Both the position numbers and the translations under genes were made by a program. A stretch of DNA of 64,000 nucleotides, from NCBI RefSeq assembly GCF_006345805.1, contig NC_043019.1:12833360-12897359 (forward strand). Direction: 5' to 3'. The notes under the pieces are model-generated. The model ran no database searches. It had not been told where the DNA came from and worked only from the letters and a program-made list of their open reading frames with translations. The stretch is from Octopus sinensis (taxonomy: Eukaryota). Position 1 is the first letter of the stretch. The number at the start of each line of letters is the position of its first letter. Positions 14,731 to 27,888 of the stretch are shown one piece after another.

Positions 14731-15919
14731 TATATATATATTTTGGCCTTTTCCTATGTTGTGGCTGTGGTTTGGAGGGAAATTTGTTGTTCTTGCTGTT
14801 GCCTAAGACGTCTGCCGATATTCCTAGTATCACATCACATCATATACCATTCATTATTATCCCAGATTCCCTTTCTATTCATCCGTCTCTCTTTCTCTCT
14901 CTCTGTCTCCCTCCATTACAGCTGATGTTGTTGTTGCTCTTTAAAACTGTTGTTCCTCCGCTTTCTGTTTACCCTGACGAATGCTGGGAAAAACACATAT
15001 ATTATTTTATTTTCGTTCTTTTTTTTCAAATTTTCGATGGATTTAATCATTCTTAATTAATTTATACACTTTTAAATATATATATCTAATAAATAATATT
15101 TATCTTGATAATATTTGATTTTTCCTTTTATTCATTTTCGTTCTTTTTTTCAAATTTTCGATGGATTTAACTCATTTTAAATTAATTTATACACTTTTAA
15201 TATATATATCTAATAAATAATATTTATCTTGATAATATTTGGTTTTCACCTTTTATTTATTTATTTATTTTTATTTATTTTTTTTAGTAATTTCTGTTTC
15301 ACTTAACGATATGGTTGCTAATGTTGATAAATAATGTTGTTTAACCTCTAACCCTCGGCCGTTTCGCTGGGTTTATCGACCTCCAGTTATATCAACACAC
15401 TGGGTGCTATAGTATTTATTTACTGACAGCAATACAGCCTTAGATAAAAAAAATAAATAATTAAACCCCTAAATGCGTGGGGGTCCCGTACAAACTGCCC
15501 GATGTGGCCCATTTATTAAGACGGCACTACTTCCATCTCTTATTTCTTTACTATCCACAAGGGGCTAAACACAGAAGGAACAAACAAGGACAGACAAACG
15601 GATTAAGTCGATTACATCAACCCCAGTGTGTAACTGGTACTTATTTAATCGACCCCGAAAGGATGAAAGGCAAAGTCGACCTTACGTTAACCCTGATGCA
15701 GCTGATCTTTGATCCAATGCATTCCACCCATGACCATTCCATCGTTTTAGTAATGTAGGTCTGAATTACATAGGGTGTCCAGGACTTTCACACACTTTCG
15801 CACCACAAGGAATAGAATTACATACGGCTTTAGAACCATTTCTAAATTTTCCGGAAATATATGTGATTGAATATCATACGTATATTACCGAAAACGATTT
15901 GGAAATGATTGTTATAATA

Positions 15920-16172
15920 TCTATATATATAAAACTGTAGTTGTGTGAGTGTCTGTCCCCTTCGATTTAGATTCCTAACTACTCCCACATTTTGCGGTGC
16001 AGTGTAACCAAAACCGGGTATCTTATAGTTGTGATTCATATCGAGCCCTTCTGGGTATTAGCGCGCGTCTACGATGAGTCTACGATTTAAAAAATAATTT
16101 ACCATCATTTTTTTCCATTTTAATGCATTTTTTCGCTATTATATAAGGGAAGTAACTCTCTAAAAATGTCTA
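15920..16172 (+). mobile_element. Non-autonomous Helitron, 5' part
   Basis: A|TC start; matches the 62558 copy. Confidence 0.75.
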
Positions 16173-18104
16173 ACATTTTGTCCGACATGCTAATGAGATT
16201 CTGCCTTACAAATTTTATTAAAAGTAGATAGCATTTGAATAAAAACTACTTTTTTTGGTACTTTTGGTCCCTTTAAGGCATTCATTAACAATAATTGTTT
16301 CTTATAGAAAATTCATACTTTTTATATACCGTAAATCCTCGAGTATAGTTCGCCCTTGAGTATAATACGCAGGGGTTTTTTAGGGGGCTGTACCTCTGAA
16401 AAACCTAAACCTTGTGTATAATACGCACCCCTTCTCTAACTTGAGTGAAGGAGGTCTATATAACGTCCTTCGTTTGTAAAAATGTATACGGTAACGTCCT
16501 TTATTATTATTGTATATATAACATAATGCAAACGTGTAGCTTTTTTGTGCATTTTGTTTGCAGATAATAAAGAAATAACAGTAATAACATTTAAAAAATG
16601 TTGCTTGCTGCAAGTTATGGATGATTCTTTTATGATTTCATTGCTTTCAGGCTTAGCTTAAGGTATCTTGCTGGACAGCAAAGAGAGACTTGGACATTGC
16701 CTAGAAAATAATTTTCATTTTTAACCTCGTATATAGCACGCACTAGGGATTTGGGCCTTTAAATTTTGGGAACAAAATAACTAGAAAACCGTGAGTTAAC
16801 TGGAAAAAAATCTGGAGCTGAATTTGTTTAGGCTGGGAGTGGTTGAGATACTCCTTGTTATTTTTAATCTATGTGTGTGTATGTATGTATGTATGTATGT
16901 ATGTATGTATGTGTGTATGTATGTGTGTATGTATGTATGTGTGTATGTATGTATTACATTATTATTATTATTATTATGTATGTATGTATGTATGTATGTA
17001 TGTATGTATGTATGTATGTGGGGATGGTAAACATGTGGAGGTTTGGTTTTTCCTTTTCTCTTTAATAAAAGGAAGGTGTTTTTCTGAGATGGTTGAAAAT
17101 TGGTCACAGGTCAAGAGGTCAAATATTTTTATCAATGGCAATAAATTTCTTTTAGCTTTTATATGACAGGCAGTATTTTAGGTCAGCTACAGAGAAATAC
17201 TATCAATCAAATTGTTTTAAAAGGATTTTGTTGTTGTTGTTGTTTTGACCATATATGTCTATGCTTGTTTGAGTGTATATATGTGTGTTGTGTGTTGGTT
17301 GCTGAAATGAATTTTTCTAGTTATTTTTAGTAACAGTAACTCTTCATTTATTTGTTTCAGTCATTTGACTATGGCCATGCTGGAGCACCGCCTAAAGGGT
17401 TTTAGTCAAAGAAATCGTCCCCTGGACTTATTCTTTTCTAAGCCTTGTAATTATTCTATCTGTTTCTTTTGCCAAAACGGGGACATAAACACACCAACAT
17501 GGATTGTCAAGCGTGGCGTGGCGGAGATGAACACAAATCATTATCATCATCATCATCATCATCATCATCGCTTTCATGGGTTGGACGGTTCAACTGGGGT
17601 CTGTGAAGCCAGAAGGCTGCACCAGGCCAGTCAGATCTGGCAGTGTTTCTACGGCTGGATGCCCTTCCTAACGCCAACCACTCCGGAACAAGACCCTGCA
17701 GTATCCTCCTCCACTACCACCAACACCAGGAGCTCCACTACCACTACCACCAGGAGCAATAAATTAAGTACCAGGTGTGTACTGGGTTCGATCTAATCAA
17801 CTAGTTCCTTGCCCCACCCCCAAACAGATACATACATAAATATATATACGATGGGCTTCTTTCAGTTTTCGTCTACCAAATCCTCTCGCAAGTGCCCGAG
17901 GCACTTGTCCAAGGTGTCACGCAGTGGAACTGAAACCGGAACCATGTGATTGGTAAGCAAGCTTCTAACCACACAGTTACGCCTGCACCTGAGAACATTA
18001 CTGATGATATCCAGTGATTCATCTGGAAACCTTATTCGTTTATAAAGATTTATAAATATATTTTATCTATGTTTAGCTGTTTAGCTAATGTAAATATATA
18101 TACA

Positions 18105-18515
18105 TAGGCGCAGGAGTGGCTATGTGGTAAGTAGCTTGCTAACCAACCACATGGTTCCGGGTTCAGTCCCATTGCGTGGCATCTTGGGAAAGTGTCTTCT
18201 GCTATAGCCCCGGGCCGACCAATGATTTGTGAGTGGATTTGGTAGACGGAAACTGAAAGAAGCCTGTCGTATATATGTATATATATGTATGTGTGTGCAT
18301 GTTTGTGTGTCTATGCTTGTCCCCCTAGCATTGCTTGACAACCGATGCTGGTGTGTTTACGTCCCCGTCTCTTAGCGGTTCGGCAAAAGAGACCGATAGA
18401 ATAAGTACTGGGCTTACAAAGAATAAGTCCTGGGGTCGATTTGCTCGACTAAAGGCGGTGCTCCAGCATGGCCGCGGTCAAATAACTGAAACAAGTAAAA
18501 GTGAGTAAAAGAGAA
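18105..18515 (+). mobile_element. CORE-type SINE, full length
   Basis: Matches the 4706 copy. Confidence 0.85.
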
Positions 18516-18809
18516 AGAGGGAGAATAATTAAAATAAGTGCGTAGATCACCCACCAAAGCAGATTTTGCTCACATAGATCACACACAATGTAGCACTAAC
18601 AAGAAGTAAGCTAAGGTGTAACCTAAAGTTATCTCCCTTTAAATTGTAGATCACACACCAAATAAAGTGCCTTGCTCAAGAATTCCACACACAGCCCAGT
18701 CCAGGAATTGAACTCATTACTTCATGATCGTGAAACAGGGACATAAACACACCAGCATCGGTTGTCAAGCAATGCTAGGGGGACAAATACAGACACAGAA
18801 ACATACACG

Positions 18810-18842
<33 letters not shown>

Positions 18843-18845
<3 letters not shown>

Positions 18846-19365
18846 AAACTGTAGTTGTGTGAGTGTCTGTCCCCTTCGATTTAGATTCCTAACTACTCCC
18901 ACATTTTGCGGTGCAGTTTAACCAAATTCGGGTATCTTATAGTCGTAATTCATATCGAGCCCGTCTGGCTATTAGCGTGCGTCTACGATGAGTCTACGAT
19001 TTTAAAAATAATTTAACATCATTTTTTATTCCATTTTAATGCATAATTTTTCGTGTGTCGATGGCGGCGGAGTTGGCGTCCACGGTCACACCTGCACCTG
19101 TTTGCTTCTCCCTCTTCTTCCCTCCCTCGTGAAGCTGTGGGGAAGGGAGTGTAAGGAAATCAACGTCGTAAAGCGTTGTCAAGGAGACCAGCGTTCTTTT
19201 AGAACAACGACTTCATGGCTTGAAGACACTGAGTCAACGATTTAAAAAAAAAATTATCATCATTTTTTATTCCATTTTTAATGCATTTTTTTGCTATAAC
19301 TCTCTAAAAATGCTTATATAGTTATTTCCCTTACAAACCCGAGCAACGCCGGGCGATACTGCTAG
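18843..19365 (+). mobile_element. Non-autonomous Helitron with a variant internal segment
   Basis: Ends with hairpin CCCGAGCAACGCCGGG + CGATACTGCTAG|T. Confidence 0.85.
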
Positions 19366-19699
19366 TGTACATATATACGACGGGCTTCTTTCAGTTTCCG
19401 CTACCAAATCCACTCACAAGGCTTTGGTCGACCCGAGGCTATAGTAGAAGACACTTGCCCGAGGTGCCACGCAGTGGGACTTAACCCGGAACCATGTGGT
19501 TGGTAAGCAAGCTACTTACCACACAGCCACTCCTGCGCCTATGTCAGGCAAACAAATAAATAATTGTAAATAATAGTTATTCCTTCTTGGTACGACAATG
19601 CTTGAAGCGTTACATCTACATGCTACATTTGGTAGTGGGCTACATCATATCGACCTGATATGGCATGTCATCCGAAATGATTCTCCGTGTTCTATATCT

Positions 19700-20102
19700 C
19701 TTTACTCTTTTACTTTTTTACTTGTTTCAGTCATTTGACTGCGGCCATGCTGGAGCACCGCCTTTATTCGAGCAACTTGACCCCGGGACTTATTCTTTTG
19801 TAAGCCCAGTATCTCTTTTGCCGAACCGCTAAGTGACAGGGACATAAACACACCAGCATCGATTGTCAAGTAATGCTAGGGGGCAAACACAGACACACAA
19901 ACACACACACGCACATATACATATATATACATATATACGACGGGCTTCTTTCAGTTTCCGTCTACCAAATCCACTCACAAGCCTTTGGTCCACCCGAGGC
20001 TATAGTAGAAGACACTTGCCCAAGGTGCCACGCAGTGGGACTGAACCCGGAACCCTGTGGCTGGTAAGCAAGCTACTTACCACACAGCCACTCCTGCGCC
20101 TA
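19700..20102 (-). mobile_element. CORE-type SINE, full length (5' half also at 19371-19541)
   Basis: Reverse-complement match. Confidence 0.85.
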
Positions 20103-20447
20103 TGTCAGGCAAACAAATAAATAATTGTAAATAATAGTTATTCCTTCTTGGTATGACAACGCTTGAAGCGTTACATCTACATGCTACATTTGGTAGTGGG
20201 CTACATCATATCGACCTGATAAGGCATGTCATCCGATATGATTCTCCGTATTCTGTATCCGTTACATTGCCCATCATGTCCTCGTGAAAACAATTACGCC
20301 CTTCACCAATCGCCCACAACAATACAAAAACGAAATAATAAATGGATGTGTGTGTGCATGTGCGTGTATGTTTGTGCATGTGTGTGTGTGTGTGTATGTG
20401 TGTGCTTGTGTGTGTGTGTGTGTGCACGTGCGTGTATGTTTGTGCAC

Positions 20448-20480
<33 letters not shown>

Positions 20481-20869
20481 TGCTTGTGTGTGTGTGTGTG
20501 TGCACGTGCGTGTATGTTTGTGCATGTGTGTGTGTGTGTGTGTGCTTGTGTGTGTGTGTGCACGTGCGTGTATGTTTGTGCATGTGTGAGTGTGTGCTTG
20601 TGTGTGTGTGTGAAAAGATAAGTTCAAAGTAGAACAATTCAAGGTGACAAACTTTATTTGGAAATTATGCAATTTCCTGTTGAATTTTCCCTCATTTGTG
20701 GAAATTTACAGTTTTGATGATTCATTATAAATTTGGGACAAAAACACAAAATACCTGGTTTCAAACATTTCATTATTCATATCAGTTATTCAGTCTGTAT
20801 AACCAACTTATTTTTATGCATTCTGCATTATTTTGATTGTATTTCTTTTCACGCCGATTTATTTAAATA

Positions 20870-21778
20870 CTAGCAGTATCGCCCGGCGTTGCTTGGATTT
20901 GTAAGGGAAATAACTATATAAGCATTTTTAGAGAGTTATAGCCAAAAAGTAGCAAAAAAATGCATTAAAAATGGAAAAAAATGATGGTAAATTTCTTTAA
21001 AAATCGTTGACTCATCGTAGACATTTTTAGAGAGTTACGTCCCTTATATAATAGCGAAAAAATGCATTCAAATGGAAAAAAATGATGGTAATTTTTTTTT
21101 AAATCGTAGACTCATCGTAGACATTTTTAGAGAGTTACTTCCCTTATATAATAGCGAAAAAAATGCATTAAAATGGAAAAAAATGATGGTAAATTTTTTT
21201 AAAAATCGTTGACTCATCGTAGACATTTTTAGAGAGTTACTTCCCTTATATAATAGCGAAAAAAATGCATTCAAATGGAAAAAAATGATGGTAATTTTTT
21301 TTTTAAATCGTAGACTCATCGTAGACATTTTTAGAGAGTTACTTCCTTTATATAATAGCGAAAAAAATGCATTAAAATGGAAAAAAATGATGGTAATTTT
21401 TTTTTTAAATCGTAGACTCATCTTAGACATTTTTAGAGAGTTACTTCCTTTATATAATAGCGAAAAAAATGCATTAAAATGGAAAAAAATGATGGTAATT
21501 TTTTTTTAAATCGTTGACTCATCGTAGACATTTTTAGAGAGTTACTTCCCTTATATAATAGCGAAAAAATGCATTAAAATGGAAAAAAATGATGGTAAAT
21601 TTTTTTTTTAAATCGTAGACTCATCGTAGACGCGCGCTAACACCCAGAAGGGCTTGATATGAATCACGACTATAAATTACCCGGTTTTGGTTCAACTGCA
21701 CCGCAAAATGTGGGAGTAGTTAGGAATCTAAATCGTAGGAGACAGACACTCACACAACTTGACTTTTATATGTAAAGA
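20870..21778 (-). mobile_element. Non-autonomous Helitron with ~6 internal 100-103 bp repeats
   Basis: 5' TC, 3' hairpin + CTAG, inserted in an A|T site, no TSD. Confidence 0.9.
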
Positions 21779-22046
21779 TTACACTTTTTCTCCCCCCCCC
21801 CCACACACACTCACCTCATATGTTCTCGCTTTCTGAAGTCTATTGACCTTATTGAATGACGTGAGCACGTCTCTGCTTTAGTTATTTGTTAACTGGTTTC
21901 CTGATATTTCTTTCTTATCTTTTGTTTCAGTCATTAGACTGTGGCCATGCTGGGGCAACACCTTGAAGAATTTTAGTCAAACAAATCGATCCGCGTATTT
22001 ATTATTTTTTTAAGCTTGATATTTTATTGATCTATTATTATTGATC

Positions 22047-22090
<44 letters not shown>

Positions 22091-22203
22091 TCCATCATTA
22101 AAGCAGCAAGCTGGCAGTATTGTTAGCATGCTGGTCAAAATGCTTAGCAGTATTTTGTCCGTCTTTATGTTCTGAGTTCAAATTCCGCCACGGCCAACTT
22201 TGA

Positions 22204-22621
22204 GATCTATTCGGTTTGACCGGCAGTTTTTTAAATTAATTTCCACGTAACTAAACACTTTTAAACTTCGTATACTGGTAGAATGTGTTTATAAAACATC
22301 ATTTTCTCTTGGCTTTATTGAGAAAATTCTATAGTTTGTAAGATATTTGTTGTTGTTTTTTTCTTCAATTTCTGTAATTTCAACCAATCAATGACGTCTA
22401 TTGAGGTGAAAACATTCTGTGTCGTATGAATATGTCCCTCGTTTAAGAAACAGATTGGGTTTATTTACATTTCTGAAGAAAAAAAAGGTACCCTTCCCCT
22501 CACCCCTAACCCTAACCCTAAAACAGATTGAAATGCAATAGATCGATACTAGGGTCATAATTATGGGTGACAATTTCATATGACACCGCCAGAAAAAACT
22601 GCCGTTCAAACCGAAAAGATC
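22204..22621. mobile_element. TIR MITE (GATCTTTTCGGTTTG...) containing TTAGGG repeats; other copies 47718-48510 and 58595-59018
   Basis: ~30-bp TIRs. No convincing TSD, so superfamily is unassigned. Confidence 0.75.
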
Positions 22622-22893
22622 ACTGATATATATGTGTGTGTGTTTAAGTGTCTGTGTTTGCCCCCCCCCCCAACATCGCTTGACAACCGATGTTGGTGTG
22701 TTTACGTCCCCGTAACTTAGCGGTTCGGCAAAAAAAAAGACCGACAGAATAAGTACTAGGCTTACAAAGAACAAGTCCTGGGGTCGATTTGCTCGGCTAA
22801 AGGCGGTGCTCCAGCATGGCCGCAGTCAAATGACTGAAAGAAGTAAAGAGAGTAAGCAATACGGATCACCATTAACAAATATATGCCTTCGTT

Positions 22894-23578
22894 GGTACTA
22901 CTAGCGAACAGTGGTCCTGGTGCGCGCATCCGCGCTAGCTAGTCGTAAGTAGTCGATCCTACAATGACCACTTAGCAAAGTAAATAAAACACAAAATAAA
23001 TAATTTTTTTACACAAAGTAAATAATTTTTGGTAAACAAAGTTAATTAAAACACAAAATACAAAGTAAATAATTTTTTTAAACGAAGTAATAGGCGCAGG
23101 AGTGGCTGTGTGGTAAGTAGCTTGCTTACCAACCACATGGTTCCAGGTTCAGTCCCACTGCGTGGCATCTTGTGAGTGGATTTGGTAGACGGAAACTGAA
23201 AGAATTCTCTCGCATATATGTATATATATATATAAGTGTGTGTGTATATGTTTGTGTGTCTGTGTTTGTCCCCCTAGCATTGCTTGACAACCGATGCTGG
23301 TGTGTTTACGACCCTGTCACCAAGCGGTTCGGCAAAAGGAGACCGATAGAATAAGTACTGGGCTTACAAAGAATAAGTCCCGGGGTCGATTTACTCGACT
23401 AAAGGCGGTGCTCCAGCATGGCCGCAGTCAAATGACTGAAACAAGTAAAAGAGTAAAAGAAAGTAAGTAAAATAAAACACAAAAACACAAAGTAAGGATC
23501 GACTAGTCATGACTAGCTTGGCACGGATGCGCGAGTACGCGAGTGCGCGCACCGGGACCACTGTTCGCTAGTAGTACC
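22894..23578. mobile_element. Mutator-like MITE (TIR variant GGTACTACTAGCGAAC), 9-bp TSD GCCTTCGTT/GCCTTGGTT; nested SINE 23091-23460
   Basis: 8/9 TSD match. Nested SINE has an AAGTAA TSD. Confidence 0.85.
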
Positions 23579-23968
23579 GCCTTGGTTTTTGAACAGCAGG
23601 AAAGTGATTCAGCTGAGTGTATACAAAAATGTTTGTTAGTACTCTTAAGGTAAATATTACCACAGTTGCAGACCACGTGTTTTACTGTGTTGATGAATGG
23701 TTGAAGGTTTGTAAGTTGCTAAGTCTTTAAATATTGCCGTATTTTGGACTGATTTTAAAGAAAGATCTGTTGATTATTGGGAAATCGATATTCCTATTGA
23801 TCTACGCCAGAGAAAAATAAAAGGAAAACACGGGGGTAAGAATTAATTTAGGTAAAATTGTTGTATTTGTACGTAAACAACGACATCATATATATATAAT
23901 ATATACATATATACATATATATATATATAATATATATATATATTATTATATATATATTATATATATTT

Positions 23969-24014
<46 letters not shown>

Positions 24015-24028
24015 TATATATTATATAT

Positions 24029-24109
<81 letters not shown>

Positions 24110-24147
24110 TATATTATATAGGTACTTGTATCGCAGAGTAACATATA

Positions 24148-24345
24148 GGTACTATTTAAGAAAAGTGGTCCCGGTGCGCGCACTCGCATACTCGCGCTAG
24201 CTAGTCGTGACTAGTCGATCATTGCTTTGTGTTTTTGTTTTATTTACTTTCTGTAAAAAAAAATTGGCCTAACTTCGGTATAGGTACCGGAAGTACCTGA
24301 TACATTTCAAGAAAGTGTTTTTATATATATTATATATATATATAA

Positions 24346-24377
<32 letters not shown>

Positions 24378-24594
24378 GGGGGGTTAGGGTTAGGGGTGAG
24401 AGAAAAGGGTTTCTGTTATCTTCAGAAATGTAAAGAATGCCACTTACGGTACCTATACCGAAGGATCGCCAAAAAATTATTTATTTTGTGTCTTATTTAC
24501 TTTGCTAGGTAGTCGTTCTAGGATCGACTGGTCACGACTAGCTAGCGCGAGTACGCGAGTGCACGCACCGGGACCACTCTTCTTAAATAGTACC
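24148..24594. mobile_element. Mutator-like MITE; nested second MITE 24266-24470 with 8-bp TSD AAAAAATT
   Basis: TIRs as in the 8694 copy, degenerate TSD. Inner TIR core CTTCGGTATAGGTACCG. Confidence 0.8.
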
Positions 24595-24947
24595 TACATG
24601 TATATCAGGGGTCGCCAAACTTTTCGACCATCGACCCCCTTTTACCCACTTCTTCAACATCGACCACCCTCCTCATTCAAAATATCTTAAAACCCTACCG
24701 TACCGGATACTGATGCTGGCAATTAAAACGTTCGCTAAAATATACATGTACGACAAATTAAGAAATTCTATTGAAGACGACACACTTTTTTTACATTTAA
24801 AACTATATTTTCACGGTTAGAAAATGTGAAAAATCGCATCGTATTGCTGGAATATTTTTTAATTAAAATTGACAGCATCAGTGTGAGGGATGAGCATAGC
24901 GCTAAGTATTTCAAAGCAGTTCATCTGGGCGAGTTGGTCTTTTACAT

Positions 24948-25545
24948 GCCGACCCACTTGGCTATCATCGACCCCCTGTAATTCCTCGCCGACCCCTTGG
25001 CTATCATCGACCCCCTGTAATTCCTCGCCGACCCCTTGGCTATCATCGACCCCCTGTAATTCCTCGCCGACCCCTTGGCTATCATCGACCCCCTGTAATT
25101 CCTCGCCGACCCCTTGGCTATCATCGACCCCCTGTAATTTCTCGCCGACCCCTTGGCTATCATCGATCCCTTGTAATTCCTCGCCGACTCCTTGGCTATC
25201 ATCGACACCCTGTAATTTCTCGCCGACCCCTTGGCTATCATCGACCCCCTGTAATTCCTCGCCGACCCCTTGGCTATCATCGACCCCCTGTAATTCCTCG
25301 CCGACCCCTTGGCTATCATCGACCCCCTGTAATTCCTCGCCGAACCCTTGGCTATCATCGACCCCCTGTAATTCCTCGCCGACCCCGTTGGCTATCATCG
25401 ACCCCCTGTAATTTCTCGCCGACCCCTTGGCTATCATCGATCCCTTGTAATTCCTCGCCGACTCCTTGGCTATCATCGACCCCCTGTAATTCCTCGCCGA
25501 CCCCCTTGGCTATCATCGACCCCCTGTAATTCCTCGCCGACCCCA
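24948..25545. repeat. 39-bp minisatellite, ~15 units, at the end of a hAT-like element starting CAGGGGTCGCCAAAC (24606)
   Basis: Unit CCCCTTGGCTATCATCGACCCCCTGTAATTCCTCGCCGA. Confidence 0.92.
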
Positions 25546-25718
25546 GAAGAATGTTTCCAGCTTTATCTTATTGAATGATAGTCCACGATTCCTCTGAGAT
25601 CGATTCGTTCCCTTGCGTCTCTTACTACTTATCTCCCCTTTTAATTTTTAATTTACCTTTTTACTCTAATTAAACTGAACAATTTACCTCTTCTTTATAT
25701 ACTGTTTATAGTTTAATT

Positions 25719-26103
25719 GTGGAGGCGCAATGGCCCAGTGGTTAGGGCAGCGGACTCGCGGTCATAGGATCGCGGTTTCGATTCCCAGACCGGGCGTTGT
25801 GAGTGTTTATTTAGCAAAAACACCTAAAGCTCTACGAGGCTCCGGCAGGGGATGGTGGTGATCCCTGCTGTACTCTTTCACCACAACTTTCTCTCACTCT
25901 TACTTCCTGTTTCTGTTGTACCTGTATTTCAAAGGGCCGGCCTTGTCACTCTCTGTGTCACGCTGAATATCCCCGAGAACTACGTTAAGGGTACATGTGT
26001 CTGTGGAGTGCTCAGCCACTTACACGTTAATTTCACGAGCAGGCTGTTCCGTTGATTCGGATCAACCGGAACCCTCATCGTCGTAACCGACGGAGTGCTT
26101 CCA
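25719..26103 (+). mobile_element. Full-length tRNA-derived SINE with 11-bp TSD ATAGTTTAATT
   Basis: A-box TGGCCCAGTGG, B-box GTTTCGATTCC. TSD at 25708-25718 and 26104-26114. Confidence 0.88.
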
Positions 26104-26419
26104 ATAGTTTAATTCCATTCACACCGAGAATGCTTAGTTAAAGATGCGGTTTACACAAGGAAATCAATATTTCTGTAACAGAGTTATTGATTTCTTTACC
26201 TTGGCACAAAACCAGAAATTTGTCGGGGAGGGCACAAGCAATTATATCGATTCCAGACGGGTGAAAAACGAAGTTGGTCTCATTGGGATTTGAACCTGGA
26301 ATGATTCAGCTAATCTGTGTCATTGTGTTTACTTTTCAGATGCCTCTTTTATTAATTATATAGGTTAATGACTCATTGATACATTCTTAACAATATCAAT
26401 TGACAGCGCTAGAATGCTT

Positions 26420-26822
26420 ATTCTTTTACTTGTTTCAGTCATTTGACTGGGGCCATGCTGGAGCACCGCCTTTATTCGAGCAAATCGACCCCGGGATTTA
26501 TTCTTTCTAAGCCCAGTACTTATTCTATCAGTCTCTTTTGCTGAACCGCTAAGTGACGGGGACGTAAACACACCAGCATCGGTTGTCAATGCTAGGGGGA
26601 CAAAAACACAGACACACAAACACACACACACATATACATACATATAGATATATATACGACAGGCTTCTTTCAGTTTCCATCTACCAAATCCACTCACAAG
26701 GCATTGGTTGGCCCGGGGCTATAGCAGAAGACACTTGCCTAAGATGCTACGCAGTGGGACTGAACCCGGAACCATGTGGTTGGTTAGCAAGCTACTTACC
26801 ACACAGCCACTCCTGCGCCATG
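26420..26822 (-). mobile_element. CORE-type SINE, full length
   Basis: Reverse-complement match. Confidence 0.85.
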
Positions 26823-27018
26823 TATTTAAACAGAACGCTTTTCAAGCTTTCAGTTATGGGACAGCTTCACATTCCGAGTTCAAATTCAACTGAGGTCATC
26901 TTTGCCTTTCATCCTTTTGGGGGTCAATGAAATAAGTACCAGTTGAACATTGGGGTCACTGTAATCAACTAGTCTCCTCCCACCAAATCTGAGGCTTTTT
27001 GCCTCAGGTAGAAAGGAT

Positions 27019-27270
27019 TCATCATCATCATCGTTTAACGTCCATTTTCCATGCTAGCATGGGTTGGACGGTTCAACTGGGGTCTGGGAAGCCAGAAGGC
27101 TGCGTCAGGCCCAGTCTGATCTGGCAGTGTTTCTACAGCTGGATGCCCTTCCTAATGCCAACCACTCCGTGAGTGTAGTGGGTGTTTTTTACGTGCCACC
27201 TGCACAGGTGCCAGACAAGGCTGGCAAACGGCCACGATCGGATGGTGCTTTTTACGTGCCACCAGCACGG
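27019..27270 (-). mobile_element. RTE 3' end (related copies 17541-17690 and 27925-28180)
   Basis: (CAT)n tail + core. Confidence 0.8.
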
Positions 27271-27723
27271 TGTCTATTATTATTATTAGTATTATTATTA
27301 TTAAGGCAGTGAGCTGGCAGAATCATTGGCACATGGGACAAAATGGTTAGTGGGATTTCTTCCAGTGCTTGACTTTCTGAGATCAAATTCTGTCAAGGTC
27401 AACTTTGCTTCTCATCCTCTTGCGGGGTCGATAAAATAAGTACCAGTTGAACACTGGGGTTTGATGTAATTGAGAAGCCACTTCCTACCAAAATTCCAGG
27501 CCTTTGTGCCTTTGTAGAAAGAAAGGCTGCAAGCTGGCCGAATCAATATTCCACCAAGGTCGACTTTGCTAATCATCTTTTCACAGTTGATAAAATAAGT
27601 ACTCACTAAACACAAGCATTGACTAAACCCTCCCCTCAAAAAAAAAAGAAAAATTCAAGTTTTGTGTTTATAATAAAAAGAATTATTTTTTTACTCTTAC
27701 ACAGCATCACTTGTTTTTATACA

Positions 27724-27888
27724 ATGGAAGAAAATCCCTTTCCTGATTTGAAGATAAGCAATTATGACTTCCTGGATGAATCAGATGATCGTCGGGTGTG
27801 CCCAAAGTGCGGAAAATCAAGGAAATATTTCTGCTACACCTGTTATAAACCCGTGATAGGAACTGAACATTTAACACCTGTCGTCAAG
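27724..27888 (+). CDS. DTWD1: DTWD1 (tRNA-uridine aminocarboxypropyltransferase 1) coding exon 1
   Basis: MEENPFPDLKI...RRVCPKCGKSRKYFCYTC zinc-binding-type motif. AAG|GTAAAT donor. Acceptor CAG at 27702-27704 implies an upstream non-coding exon. Confidence 0.93.

Noticed and set aside
24859-25476. 205/173/138-aa ORFs with 13-aa repeats; possible CRISPR-like array
   Set aside because: Translation of a 39-bp minisatellite. Units are contiguous with no unique spacers, there are no cas genes, and the context is eukaryotic.
25719-25795. tRNA-like sequence (also 2178-2250, 28735-28808 and the CORE-SINE heads)
   Set aside because: A/B boxes are present but run into SINE bodies with tails and TSDs; no complete cloverleaf.
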